This document shows, piece by piece, positions 10,248 through 21,053 of a stretch of 64,000 nt of DNA; within the stretch, counting starts at the first letter, position 1, and the number at the start of each line of letters is the position of its first letter. The stretch is from a virus (lineage: Duplodnaviria; Heunggongvirae; Uroviricota; Caudoviricetes): positions 69,753 through 133,752 of the IMG/VR virus record IMGVR_UViG_3300031963_000024; one strand, written 5' to 3'. The position numbers were made by a program, and so were the translations under genes. The notes under the pieces were generated by a model that saw only the letters and a list, made by a program, of their open reading frames with translations, was not told the DNA's origin and made no database searches.

Positions 10248-10994
10248 ATGGATAAAAAACCTAGAAGAACCCCTACAGTATCTGTAGAAGACTCAAACCA
10301 ACAACACAAATCAAAAAAAGAAATTATCGGTACTTTGATTAAGAAAAAAACAAAAGATAAATTTTTATCAGATAGTCAAAAAGAGTATTATGAAATATTA
10401 CAAAACAATCAGATAACAATTTGTTCAGGTCCTGCAGGTGTAGGTAAATCATATATTGCAATGAAAGCCGCAATTGATTTATTAGCCGACCCCAACAATT
10501 CTTACGAAAAATTAATTATTGTAAGACCCGCAGTTGAAGCCGAGGAAAAACTTGGTTCACTACCTGGGAATGTTGAAGAAAAATTAGACCCGTATATTTT
10601 TCCGTCTTACTATCTTTTAAATAAAATTATTGGAAAAGATGTTAGGGAAAAATTAAAAAATATGGAAATTATTGAAGTTTTCGCCTTGGCTTATATGAGA
10701 GGTATGAACATTGATAACTCAATTCTTATTTTTGAAGAAGCACAAAACTGTACACCAAAACAAATGAAACTTCTTTTAACAAGAATTGGTTTTAACAGTA
10801 AATTTTTTATATCTGGTGATTTAGAACAAACTGACCGATATAAGGACAAAACACATTCAGGACTATGGGACGCTTTAGAAAAGTTTAAAAACATTGATGA
10901 TATAGGAACTTTTACATTTAAAGATTCTGACATTGTTAGAAATGCGATAATTACAAAAATATTAAAAAAATACGAAGATGAAGTTCGCTTTTGA
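10248..10994 (+). CDS. phoH: PhoH-like ATPase
   Basis: Walker A motif CSGPAGVGKSYIA; PhoH signature RPAVEAEEKLGSLPG; Walker B motif ILIFEEAQN. Confidence 0.85.
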   Translation: MDKKPRRTPTVSVEDSNQQHKSKKEIIGTLIKKKTKDKFLSDSQKEYYEILQNNQITICSGPAGVGKSYIAMKAAIDLLADPNNSYEKLIIVRPAVEAEEKLGSLPGNVEEKLDPYIFPSYYLLNKIIGKDVREKLKNMEIIEVFALAYMRGMNIDNSILIFEEAQNCTPKQMKLLLTRIGFNSKFFISGDLEQTDRYKDKTHSGLWDALEKFKNIDDIGTFTFKDSDIVRNAIITKILKKYEDEVRF

Positions 10995-11589
10995 TACCGA
11001 TGAAGTTTTAAGAGACACAATCTCTAAAATGAAAGCTACTTATGAAAAGTTTTTTATTGAGGACTATGTTTCTGAAGAAGGTGAAGAAGAGTTTGAGTAT
11101 AAAATAATTGAACCAATTACTTCACACAAATTTTCAGAACATTTTTTATTCCCATCTGAAAGTGACTATATTAATTTTTTATACTTGGATTTCCCAATGA
11201 ATATTTTTGGTCACTCACCATCAATGTCGGCAAATACATTTAACACTTTTTCTGAAATTCAAAAAAATGTTTTATCTAAAAGAGACAAATTAAGTGTTAT
11301 AGGAATGGGTGTGGCAAAAATAAAACCAGCATCATTATTTTTTTACTCAAAATATGGTATGGAAGTAGACAACATACAATTTTACAATAAAAAAACCATC
11401 AAAAAAATATGGTCTAAATTTGATGTTATAGTTACAGCAAACCCAGATTTACTTGAAATTAAACCAAAAAACAAAACATCAATTAAAATAAACACGGATT
11501 ATAACCAAAACTATGAGTCTGATTATTCAATTGATTCTATTGAAGGTTTTACTTCGGTATATAATCAATTAAAATTAAAACATGCTTAA
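10978..11589 (+). CDS. Hypothetical protein
   Basis: ORF with a 17-nt overlap to phoH. Confidence 0.4.
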   Translation: MKFAFDTDEVLRDTISKMKATYEKFFIEDYVSEEGEEEFEYKIIEPITSHKFSEHFLFPSESDYINFLYLDFPMNIFGHSPSMSANTFNTFSEIQKNVLSKRDKLSVIGMGVAKIKPASLFFYSKYGMEVDNIQFYNKKTIKKIWSKFDVIVTANPDLLEIKPKNKTSIKINTDYNQNYESDYSIDSIEGFTSVYNQLKLKHA

Positions 11590-11848
11590 TATATTTGGAG
11601 AAACATATCACATTGATTTTGATAAAATTGAGAATTTAATTTCTATAAAACAAACAGACACTGGTGATACTAAACAAAATGTTAGTATCGTTAAATTTGA
11701 ACTTATTAAAACAATGTTAGATGTTGTTCTTTCAGAGTCGGGTGAAATTGATGAAAAGATGGGTTTAAAAGGTAGTAATGATTTAACTATTCCCTTTAAA
11801 ATTGCTTTTAATACATTATTAAGATACGAAATATTACAAACATTATGA
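11582..11848 (+). CDS. Hypothetical protein
   Basis: Small ORF coupled to its neighbours. Confidence 0.35.
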   Translation: MLNIFGETYHIDFDKIENLISIKQTDTGDTKQNVSIVKFELIKTMLDVVLSESGEIDEKMGLKGSNDLTIPFKIAFNTLLRYEILQTL

Positions 11849-12900
11849 ACACAGAACTTATAACAAAATTAGAATTATCAATTAGTAATTTGGAAGAAAA
11901 AAAATCAAGAATATATTTTTTAGTTCAAGATACTAAAGGTAACGCCAAAGCTTCTATTAGAGTAATTTATGAAATGGCTTACCATTTATTTGAAAATGGT
12001 TACAACGCAATTATTATGCATGAACAAACTGACTATAAAGGTGTTTCATCTTGGTTAGATGAAAAATACATGTCATTACCACACAAACCAATTGAGGGAC
12101 AAAACTTAGAAATTTCACCTGAAGATTTTATGATAATTCCTGAATTATATGGACACGTAATGGAACAAGTTTCAAAATTTCCATGTGGTAAGATTGTATT
12201 ATGTCAATCATATGATTACATAATGGAAACATTAAGTCCCGGTACATCTTGGTCACAATACGGATTTTTAAAGTGTATCACAACTAGCGAAGAACAAAAA
12301 AAATATTTGGAAAAAATAATGAAAAATGTTTCATTTGATGTTATTGAACCAACAATTTCAAATTCATTCGAAAGAAAACCAATACCGTCAAAACCAATAG
12401 TGTCTGTTCACACAAGAGACCAAAGGGACACTATGAAGTTGATTAAAACTTTTTATTTAAAATACCCACAATTTAGATGGATTACTTTTAGAGATATGAG
12501 AGGTTTGAGTGAATTAGAATTTGCAACAATACTAAAAGACTCTTTTGTGTCTATATGGGTTGATGACATTTCAGGTCTTGGGACATATCCATTAGAATCA
12601 ATGAAAACAGGTACACCTGTGATTGGAAAAATACCTAATTTAAAACCTGATTGGATGAATGAACACAATGGTATTTGGACAAATGATACAATAAACATGG
12701 TTGATATATTAGCGGAATTTACACAAAACTGGCTTGAGGATAACATTTCAGAAAAACTTTACGAATCAGGTTATGAAACAGCTGAAAAATTTACAAATAC
12801 TGATGATTTCAAATCAAAAGTTTTAGAACGTTTTTCATCATATATAAACACGAGATTAAGTAATTTTAATTCTCAATTAGAAAAATTAAAAACAAATTAA
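11845..12900 (+). CDS. Glycosyltransferase, GT-B fold (GT4-like)
   Basis: C-terminal motif SFVSIWVDDISGLGTYPLESMKTGTPVIG matches the GT1-family E-x7-E sugar-donor pocket. Confidence 0.45.
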   Translation: MNTELITKLELSISNLEEKKSRIYFLVQDTKGNAKASIRVIYEMAYHLFENGYNAIIMHEQTDYKGVSSWLDEKYMSLPHKPIEGQNLEISPEDFMIIPELYGHVMEQVSKFPCGKIVLCQSYDYIMETLSPGTSWSQYGFLKCITTSEEQKKYLEKIMKNVSFDVIEPTISNSFERKPIPSKPIVSVHTRDQRDTMKLIKTFYLKYPQFRWITFRDMRGLSELEFATILKDSFVSIWVDDISGLGTYPLESMKTGTPVIGKIPNLKPDWMNEHNGIWTNDTINMVDILAEFTQNWLEDNISEKLYESGYETAEKFTNTDDFKSKVLERFSSYINTRLSNFNSQLEKLKTN

Positions 12901-12902
12901 TT

Positions 12903-13712
12903 ATGGAAAATAAAGTAGATATTTCAGTTATATTACCAATCGCATCATCATTTGGAAAAGATTTTGACATTCTTTTTGAAAAAGCGATTGACTCAATAAA
13001 AAAACAACAAGTTTCAATTAATGAACTTATTATTGTTCATTCGGATGAAGAATCATTATGTACTAAATTAAATTCATTTGATTTTGGTGATTTAAATGTT
13101 GTTAAAGTATTAAACACATCAGAACATACTGATTACGCATCACAAGTTAATCTTGGTGTCAAAAACGCATCATCAACATGGGTTAGTTTCTTTGAACACG
13201 ATGATGAATATTCGTTTATATGGTTTAAAAATGTGAATGATTATATTAAATACCACCCTGAGTGTGATGGATTTTTACCAATCGTTGTTGATGTTGATGA
13301 AACAGATGTATTCGCGGGATACACAAATGAAGCAACATTTGCGGCTTCATTCAACACTGAAATTGGTATTCTAACTAATGAATTGTTAAATCAATATCAA
13401 AATTTCCAAACAAGTGGAATGGTTGTTAAAAAATCAATTTTGGATAATTTTGGTGGTTTTAAAAAATCAATGAAACTAACATTTGTTTATGAATTTTTAT
13501 TAAGATTGACATATAACTCAGCAAGAATAATGACTATTCCAAGATTGGGATACAAACATGCTAACATGAGAGAATCATCAATTTTTTGGGGATATAAAAA
13601 CGGAAAAAATGTTTTGACCGACAACGAGGTTAAGTTTTGGATTGATACAGCAAAAAAAGAATATTTTTTTACAAATGACCGTGACATAAAATACGAAGAA
13701 ACCACTAATTAA
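12903..13712 (+). CDS. Glycosyltransferase family 2 (GT-A fold)
   Basis: ISVILPIASS...ELIIVHSDEE...NLGVKNASSTWVSFFEHDDEY follows the GT2 pattern (ss-ViiP...N.G...a.g.yi.flD.DD). Confidence 0.5.
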   Translation: MENKVDISVILPIASSFGKDFDILFEKAIDSIKKQQVSINELIIVHSDEESLCTKLNSFDFGDLNVVKVLNTSEHTDYASQVNLGVKNASSTWVSFFEHDDEYSFIWFKNVNDYIKYHPECDGFLPIVVDVDETDVFAGYTNEATFAASFNTEIGILTNELLNQYQNFQTSGMVVKKSILDNFGGFKKSMKLTFVYEFLLRLTYNSARIMTIPRLGYKHANMRESSIFWGYKNGKNVLTDNEVKFWIDTAKKEYFFTNDRDIKYEETTN

Positions 13713-14467
13713 TGATAGTTTCCGAAACAATTCCAAGCGGGAACACTGAATCCGCAGACTCAAAACGCAGTAAAAAAATTAAGTCAAATAATTATTTTGA
13801 CGTAAGAGAAGAGACTGCGGTTGTTATGTTTTTGGAAGCTGAAACTATGAAAGAAAGAAACGAAATTTATAATGAGTTTCTTAAAAAACCAATAGAAAAA
13901 ATGGTTTCTTCTATAATTAGAAGATACAAATTATATAGAAAGGACATGTCATTTGATGAAATATTAAATGACACCCATTCTTTTTTAATTACAAAATCAG
14001 ACAAGTTCAAACCAGATAAGAACAAAAAAGCATATTCTTATTTTGGTACGATTTGTAAAAATTATTTGATGGGTCAAATTATAAAAGACCAAAAGGATAC
14101 CAATAGAAAAGTATCTTATGAAGATATTTCATCTAGTTTAGAAGAAAGACCTGATTTGGTGTATTACATTGAAGATGACATAATTGAAACTGATAAAATA
14201 ATAATAGATTATATCGCTCAACTAAAAACGTTCATTGACGTATCATCATTAAACGAAAATGAGGTTAAATTAGGTTATGCTTTGTTAGAATTATTTGAAA
14301 ATTATGATTCAATTTTTGTTGGTAATGATAACAAAAAATTTAACAAAAATTTGGTTTTAATGTCAATTCGTGAAATGACAAACCTTTCAACAAAAGAAAT
14401 TAGATTAAGTATGAAAAAATACAAAAAACTATATTTTGATTTTGTTAAAAGTATTGATAACAGATAA
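13712..14467 (+). CDS. T4 gp55-like late-transcription sigma factor (putative)
   Basis: The segment KFKPDKNKKAYSYFGTICKNYLMGQIIKDQK aligns with T4 gp55 [31 protein letters not shown] (sigma region-2-like). Confidence 0.45.
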   Translation: MIVSETIPSGNTESADSKRSKKIKSNNYFDVREETAVVMFLEAETMKERNEIYNEFLKKPIEKMVSSIIRRYKLYRKDMSFDEILNDTHSFLITKSDKFKPDKNKKAYSYFGTICKNYLMGQIIKDQKDTNRKVSYEDISSSLEERPDLVYYIEDDIIETDKIIIDYIAQLKTFIDVSSLNENEVKLGYALLELFENYDSIFVGNDNKKFNKNLVLMSIREMTNLSTKEIRLSMKKYKKLYFDFVKSIDNR

Positions 14468-14492
14468 AATCCGTTGTTAAATATTTATAAGT

Positions 14493-14870
14493 ATGTCTAG
14501 ACCGAAGAAAAAAGAAATATCATTAAATAAAGAATCTGTATTATCATTAATGCAGGAAATATATAATGAGCTTGTTGAACAAAGAGCAACCGCATTAAGA
14601 ATTCAAAACAAAATGTTGGCTTTAATGAAGGATTCTTCAGACATGGCAATCATTGGACCAATTATTAAAGAACAACAAAAAATAATTAATGATACTGTTG
14701 AGAAAAAATTAACATTATCAAAACTACAGTCGACTGTTTGGGAAAAGTCACAACAAAAAAACAATGAAGAAAATTTCTCAATGTCAGATATTGATGACGC
14801 ATTAATTCAAGACTTACTTAAAAAAGACATATCAGACGAAGGTTCAGGCGGATATAAACTTAATAAATAA
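14493..14870 (+). CDS. Hypothetical protein
   Basis: ORF. Confidence 0.4.
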   Translation: MSRPKKKEISLNKESVLSLMQEIYNELVEQRATALRIQNKMLALMKDSSDMAIIGPIIKEQQKIINDTVEKKLTLSKLQSTVWEKSQQKNNEENFSMSDIDDALIQDLLKKDISDEGSGGYKLNK

Positions 14871-14879
14871 TTTAATATT

Positions 14880-17060
14880 ATGGCTGAAGAAACACCTTCC
14901 GAAGGACACGATAAAGTTAGGAAAAAAATTAATGTTTACAAAACCGCTGTAGATGTCAATAAAAAACAAAAAGCGCTCAAGAAAAAAAAGAAAGCTCTTA
15001 ATACAACTGTTGACAATGCTGAAGGTAAGTTTAAATCTAAGATTGAATCTTATAGTCAAAAAACTAAAGACGCACCAAAACAATTTAAAGAGGCCGCGAG
15101 AAATCAATTATCACAATTAATTGAAACTTTCAAAATGTCGGCATCTGACGGTGAAGACCCAAGTTCTAATTCTGAAACTGAAACAATTGATGTAAATAAA
15201 TTAAAAAAGGAAGAAGCAGAATTAGAGGCAGAGTTAAAAGAAGAACAAGCTAAAACACCAAAACCAGACGCAAGAATAGCTGAAATTAAATCACAACTTA
15301 AAGAGTTAGATAAAGAAATTGGTAAGGCAAATTTTAGTCAACTTAAAATAAATACACCAAAAAACGCGACCGAAGCCTTAAGAAATACCTTTATTCAAAC
15401 GGTCAATAGAACCAAAGAAAGATTACAAGAAGTTTTATCTAAGGAAATGGTATCAGCCTTAGGTTGTTCACAAGAACAAAATTACGAAACTAACAAACCA
15501 CTTTACATTAAAGTTTTGTGTATTGATGTGTTTGGTAAAACATTACAAACAGACCCTAATACCTCACCAGGTCAATACATCTATGAGGTTAATCCCTTTA
15601 ACCCCAAAAAACGACCATACTCATTTAACAGAGAATTATATAATAGATTACAAAATCCTGGTAAGAGTTATAAAGAAGAATACAATGTAAATTTTTTGGG
15701 TGCGACAAACCAAGAATTATTTAATATAACGTATGTTAAAGACCCCACACAAATAGATGGAAAACAATTGTATGGTGACTATTATAAAGTTGAATTGTCA
15801 CCAAGAGTAAGTGGTGAAAAAGTAGTTGATTTTTTAAATGATTATTTAAATTCAATAGACATTTTAAACTTTAATGAACTTTACAGTAACGTATTGAACT
15901 TATTAACAGGGTCAATCAATATTAAATTAAAAACAGGTGAAGATGATTTGAGAAGTCAAACTGAGTTTGAAAAAATATTACAAAGAATACTTGGTTTATG
16001 TTTTGACAATAAACAAGAAATTGATGTAAGTGGTTCAGGGAAACTAGACTCTTTAGACCAAATTGACGATAGTTTTTTTGTTTTAAGTCCTCAAGAAATG
16101 GTGGAAGTTGAAAACAAAGTAAAAAATGTCTTGGAAAGTGTGGTTCAATACAGGGATTGTGGTACACTTTTACTACCTGTTAACGCAGACGCTAATTTAG
16201 GTTTGTTAGACAAATTTTTAAATCCTGATGTAAACGCATCAAATGCTGATAGGATTGCTCAAGATTTATTGGATGAACTTTCCAAAAACCCAGATTGGAA
16301 AATTAGATTTCCTCAGTTGGATGTGCCAGACAAGTTAAGGGACATTATCAATACTGAATTTTTAGAATTGATTCCAATTGCTATATTTAATTCATTATTA
16401 TCACCAAAACACTTATTTCCATTAATGGTTATGGCGAAAGCACTTCAAAATGAATATGTCGATAATATTGAAACCCTACAAGATTTCCTACGTGAATTTA
16501 GGAAATTTATCATTAATTTACAGTCCAAAATATCGGGAATATTTGTTGAGGAGTTAGTCAAACAAATTCGTAAAAATATTAAGGATTTGATGCAAACAAT
16601 TGTACAACAAACAACAAATGAATTATTAAATAAAAAAGCGAAAATTATATTAGCAAGTATTAATTTAGCGTTAACATTAGCAACCGCAATTACTGATTAT
16701 AGAAGATGTAAGAGCATTATTGAAGAGTTACAAAGAATGTTATCTTTAACTTTGCAAATTAGGGGTTTAGCGGGAAATAGTGTTCCCACTTTGATTAACT
16801 ATTTGGCAAATTTAAAACCAGGTATGTCACCGACATCGTTACTTACAAGATTTATCGATAAGTTAGAAGAAGCTGGCGTTCCAACAGGTGATTTGCCAGA
16901 TGGAGGTCCAAATTTGAGTTTAATAATTCAACAATCTTTTAACCAATCGTTAATTGATGAGATTGCTGAAAATGGAAAAACAGATGTTACCATAACTGGT
17001 ATTGAAGTTGCTGATTTGTCAGCAAAAGGATTTACCAAAGTATCAGGAAATTTATTATAA
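14880..17060 (+). CDS. Hypothetical protein, N-terminal coiled-coil/lysine-rich (possible virion protein)
   Basis: 726-aa ORF. The N-terminus has a K/E-rich coiled-coil. The gene sits just upstream of the convergent structural block. Confidence 0.45.
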   Translation: MAEETPSEGHDKVRKKINVYKTAVDVNKKQKALKKKKKALNTTVDNAEGKFKSKIESYSQKTKDAPKQFKEAARNQLSQLIETFKMSASDGEDPSSNSETETIDVNKLKKEEAELEAELKEEQAKTPKPDARIAEIKSQLKELDKEIGKANFSQLKINTPKNATEALRNTFIQTVNRTKERLQEVLSKEMVSALGCSQEQNYETNKPLYIKVLCIDVFGKTLQTDPNTSPGQYIYEVNPFNPKKRPYSFNRELYNRLQNPGKSYKEEYNVNFLGATNQELFNITYVKDPTQIDGKQLYGDYYKVELSPRVSGEKVVDFLNDYLNSIDILNFNELYSNVLNLLTGSINIKLKTGEDDLRSQTEFEKILQRILGLCFDNKQEIDVSGSGKLDSLDQIDDSFFVLSPQEMVEVENKVKNVLESVVQYRDCGTLLLPVNADANLGLLDKFLNPDVNASNADRIAQDLLDELSKNPDWKIRFPQLDVPDKLRDIINTEFLELIPIAIFNSLLSPKHLFPLMVMAKALQNEYVDNIETLQDFLREFRKFIINLQSKISGIFVEELVKQIRKNIKDLMQTIVQQTTNELLNKKAKIILASINLALTLATAITDYRRCKSIIEELQRMLSLTLQIRGLAGNSVPTLINYLANLKPGMSPTSLLTRFIDKLEEAGVPTGDLPDGGPNLSLIIQQSFNQSLIDEIAENGKTDVTITGIEVADLSAKGFTKVSGNLL

Positions 17061-17257
17061 TGGAACCGAGTAAAATTAAAGAAATTATCAGTGAACCAAA
17101 AAATCAATCAAATATTGATTTAATGGAATGTATGGATTTTTTATCTAATGAACATGAACAATTAAAAGACACAATTTTAAAATTAACATATCATTTAGAT
17201 GAAGTTGAATTTTCATACAATAAAATTTTAGAAGAATACAAAAATAGAACCAAATGA
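17060..17257 (+). CDS. Hypothetical small protein
   Basis: ATGA-coupled small ORF. Confidence 0.3.
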   Translation: MEPSKIKEIISEPKNQSNIDLMECMDFLSNEHEQLKDTILKLTYHLDEVEFSYNKILEEYKNRTK

Positions 17258-18813
17258 TGGATGATGTAAAACACCACTCTTCTTTACCCAAAAAGTATAC
17301 ACAGGTTGTTAATTACGGAAAAGTAATTAGTAACAATGACCCTATGAACTTGGGTAGGATTAGGGTTGAACCAGTTTCATGGCAAAATGAAGACCTTTAC
17401 AGTGCATTTAAAAGTCCATTTGGAGCTAGACTTGACACAAAGAATTTTTGGACATCACAAGACCCATTTGTGTACATGCCTTTATTACCCTTGTTTATTT
17501 ATCAAGTTCCAAAAGTAGGTGAATATGTTCACGTAGTATATTACAACACTGAGTTTCAAGACAGAAATAAATTTTATATTCAAGGAAGTTTTTCAAGTCC
17601 AAATAATACCAAATTTGAACCATTCGATTCGGCTTTAGCATTTACTGCAAAAGGTGAAAGAAATTCATTACCAAACAATATTAGAAATAGTAATGGTGAA
17701 TATATTAACGTTGACCAAGTTGGTTTATATCCTGATATTAATACTATTGGTTTATTAGGTAGATATAATTCAGATATTTTATTACCTGAAAATGGTTTTG
17801 TTTTAAGGGCAAACACCATATTAGATGGTTCGGACCAATTAAATCCTACCTTCAACAAGAAACATAGTTTTATTTCATTACAAAAATACGATTCGAAAAC
17901 CATTGATAATGGTCCAACAACTTATTTAGAAAACAATAAGGTGGTACAACCAGTCAAATATTTGATTGAATATAACGTATATGGTGGTCTTGGAACATTA
18001 ACGGGTAATTACTCAGCGTATGCCTATGTATATAAAATTTCTGAATACCAACCTGTTTACACAAATAGTGTTGACAAAGGATTCTATGAATTTCCTGAAA
18101 TATCTAAAATTGGTCCAATTTATAAAGAGGACTATACCTTTAAATCTTACGATGAAATTGTAACAGGAATTAATAATTTAATTCAAAAAGTTAATAGTGG
18201 TAAATTCTTAGTGGGTAATACTCTAATCACAGATATATTCCCATTTGTTTTTCAACCTGAAAAACCTCTTTATGACAAATATAGTTTAAATAATATAACA
18301 AATGCAAATGTGGCCATTAATGCTCAAAGATTTATTTCATCTGTTTATCTAAATGAAACCGACACCAACAGAGGGTTGGGATTAGTTTGTAAACAAGGAG
18401 AATTGGGGCCTTTAACTCAATTAACATCATTCGAAGTCCAAAACATTTCGTCTGACCCAACTCCAATAACCTACGGTATTAACGTTTCAGATATATCCTT
18501 TTTTTTATCACATGATTCACAAATACCAGGTACAAATAAGATTGATTTTGATACCGCTGACTTTTCAGGAACTACCATATCACAAAAATTTATTGAGGAA
18601 TCTATAATACCAAATACCGCATCAATGGTACGAGGTGAACAACTTTTGAACTTAATTGAATTGATTGTCAAATACTTAACATCACATGTTCACCCTTATC
18701 ACCAAATGGGTCCAAATCAAGTTTCGTTGGATGGAACACAATCACAAAAAATACTTGCAGAATTATTTAACGCGACAGAAACCGTATTAAATAAAAACTT
18801 ACGAATTAATTGA
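17254..18813 (+). CDS. Hypothetical protein (possible structural)
   Basis: 519-aa ORF. Confidence 0.4.
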   Translation: MMDDVKHHSSLPKKYTQVVNYGKVISNNDPMNLGRIRVEPVSWQNEDLYSAFKSPFGARLDTKNFWTSQDPFVYMPLLPLFIYQVPKVGEYVHVVYYNTEFQDRNKFYIQGSFSSPNNTKFEPFDSALAFTAKGERNSLPNNIRNSNGEYINVDQVGLYPDINTIGLLGRYNSDILLPENGFVLRANTILDGSDQLNPTFNKKHSFISLQKYDSKTIDNGPTTYLENNKVVQPVKYLIEYNVYGGLGTLTGNYSAYAYVYKISEYQPVYTNSVDKGFYEFPEISKIGPIYKEDYTFKSYDEIVTGINNLIQKVNSGKFLVGNTLITDIFPFVFQPEKPLYDKYSLNNITNANVAINAQRFISSVYLNETDTNRGLGLVCKQGELGPLTQLTSFEVQNISSDPTPITYGINVSDISFFLSHDSQIPGTNKIDFDTADFSGTTISQKFIEESIIPNTASMVRGEQLLNLIELIVKYLTSHVHPYHQMGPNQVSLDGTQSQKILAELFNATETVLNKNLRIN

Positions 18814-18825
18814 TATTTATATATA

Positions 18826-20325
18826 ATGTCAATACACAAATCGTATTTTAGCAAAAACAACACCATTATTTTAAGTGGTAATACAAACACTGGTTTAAAT
18901 CCTGTGACAGAACTATTTTTTGGTAGAACTGATAACGTATTATCCACACCTGGCTTCTCAAGATTTATTTTTGATATTGATTTAAGTCAATTACAACAAA
19001 AAATAAGTGATGGTGTGGTTTATACAGGTAGTCCTATGACCCATAAGTTAAAGATGACAAATACAATCATGTTTAATTATGAGTTATTAAATACCACAAC
19101 ATCTGATAACAGAAGAAGGGCTTCAGCATTTGATTTAAGAGTGTTTAATATTCCCAAATTAAATTACACAGGAAGTTCTCAAACTTGGGATGAAGGTGTC
19201 GGTTATGATTATTATGATAACAATACATTAAATTCATCAAACGCCAGTTTGACATCAAGAAATTACAGAGACAATGATAAGTCATACTCCAATAGACCAT
19301 CAAATTGGTTCAATAGAAACCTAATAAACACTTGGAGTACACCTGGTGTATACTTTAATAATAACAGTGGTTCAGGGACGCAAATTAACTATTCAGGACT
19401 AACACAAGTTGGCCTACAACATTTTCAATTCGGAAATGAAAACTTAGATATTGATATTTCTTCAACAATCAATGATATATTAACGGGAGCTACCACAGGT
19501 TCAACAGGTTATATTATGGCATTTTCACCTGAATTAGAAAATATTACGGGTTTAACAGAAAATTATTCTGTTGGTTTCTTTACTAGACATACTCAAACGT
19601 TTTATGAACCTTATTTGGAAACAACATATGATGACCTAATTTTAGATGATAGAACAGCATTTTTTGAAAATAAAGTTAATAAGTTATATCTTTATTCATA
19701 TATTAATGGGACACCAACTAATTTTGATTTTAATCCAAAAGTTAATATTGCCGATTCTAATGGTGATTTAATTTCATCTTTAACAGGTTTAACAACAGTT
19801 AGACGTACTGAAGGAGTTTATGAGTGTACAATACCCGCACTAACGGGTTACACAACACCATGTCAGTTTAGTGATATTTGGAGTGGTGTAACTATTAACG
19901 GTGTGTCATTAGGAGATATAACAAATGATATAATATTAAGACCGGCAACAGAATATTATCAAGTTGGTCCATTGGCTAAAGACCCTGTTTTATATGGTTT
20001 TGAATTTTCAGGTATAAAACAAGATGAAAAAATATTAAATACTGATGTTCGTAAAGTAATTGTTAAAATAAAACAAGCGTATACATCAAATGTTATTTAT
20101 CCAAATTTCAAAGCTTATTATAGATTATATGTCAAAGAAGGTACAACAGAAGTTATTGTACAAGATTGGACAAGAATAAATCAAACACCAAACGAGTATT
20201 ATTTCATCTTTGATACTAAAGATAAAATACCAAATGAATATTATGTTGATATTAAAGTTTTAACTTCGGGAGAAGTAGATACTTATAAAAGAGAATTAAA
20301 ATTTCAAATAGTTAACCAAAAATGA
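18826..20325 (+). CDS. Hypothetical N/T/S/G/Y-rich protein (possible tail fiber/receptor-binding)
   Basis: 499-aa ORF with fibre-like composition. Assignment by composition only. Confidence 0.35.
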   Translation: MSIHKSYFSKNNTIILSGNTNTGLNPVTELFFGRTDNVLSTPGFSRFIFDIDLSQLQQKISDGVVYTGSPMTHKLKMTNTIMFNYELLNTTTSDNRRRASAFDLRVFNIPKLNYTGSSQTWDEGVGYDYYDNNTLNSSNASLTSRNYRDNDKSYSNRPSNWFNRNLINTWSTPGVYFNNNSGSGTQINYSGLTQVGLQHFQFGNENLDIDISSTINDILTGATTGSTGYIMAFSPELENITGLTENYSVGFFTRHTQTFYEPYLETTYDDLILDDRTAFFENKVNKLYLYSYINGTPTNFDFNPKVNIADSNGDLISSLTGLTTVRRTEGVYECTIPALTGYTTPCQFSDIWSGVTINGVSLGDITNDIILRPATEYYQVGPLAKDPVLYGFEFSGIKQDEKILNTDVRKVIVKIKQAYTSNVIYPNFKAYYRLYVKEGTTEVIVQDWTRINQTPNEYYFIFDTKDKIPNEYYVDIKVLTSGEVDTYKRELKFQIVNQK

Positions 20326-21041
20326 AAAATATAAATGAATTAGATGTCGCAAGTTTTATTAAGAACATTGTTGGCGATACAGGAAGAAACGTATTAACAA
20401 GTATTCCAGGTGTGGGAACCGCTGTAGGTGTAGGTGCGTCAATAAAAAACTTTAGTGAATTAAATGATGATTTAGAAAAATACAAACAACTTAAATCTGA
20501 AATAGTTGATGGAGAAGTTATAAAATCAGAAACGTTTGAAAAACTACTTGATGTTCAAGATGAACTCGAAGTTGATTTTATTGATTTACTACAGTCAATT
20601 GCTGGAATTACAAGTATTCCTGGTCTCGGATTTATTGCAAAAGGTTTAGGACCGTTTTTAGTAAAGTTGAGTATTGAAGAAATACTTGAAAAAATTAGTA
20701 GTGTTGTACCTATAGATAAAGAGGCTGAAGAATCATTCATTCCATATTTAGCGGCAATCAAAGATATCGAGGATTTGAAACAAAAGGCTAAGGAACTCGA
20801 ACCTCTTACCAAAGACGCAGACAAATTTATGGACCAAATGCTCGAAAGAAAAAATTTAGAAGAAGCTAAGAAAAACAGAAAAAAAACGGGAACTAAATTA
20901 TGTGCACGTGGAAAAGCGGCCGCTAAAGCAAAATTTGATGTTTATCCATCTGCATATGCTAACGGATACGCAGTACAGGTCTGTCAAGGTCGTATAAAGG
21001 GATTAGACGGAAAGAAAAGGTCCTCAGGGGCATATTCTTAA
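20322..21041 (+). CDS. Hypothetical protein
   Basis: ATGA-coupled. The C-terminus is KAKFDVYPSAYANGYAVQVCQGRIKG. Confidence 0.4.
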   Translation: MKNINELDVASFIKNIVGDTGRNVLTSIPGVGTAVGVGASIKNFSELNDDLEKYKQLKSEIVDGEVIKSETFEKLLDVQDELEVDFIDLLQSIAGITSIPGLGFIAKGLGPFLVKLSIEEILEKISSVVPIDKEAEESFIPYLAAIKDIEDLKQKAKELEPLTKDADKFMDQMLERKNLEEAKKNRKKTGTKLCARGKAAAKAKFDVYPSAYANGYAVQVCQGRIKGLDGKKRSSGAYS

Positions 21042-21053
21042 CAAAATAAAAAA

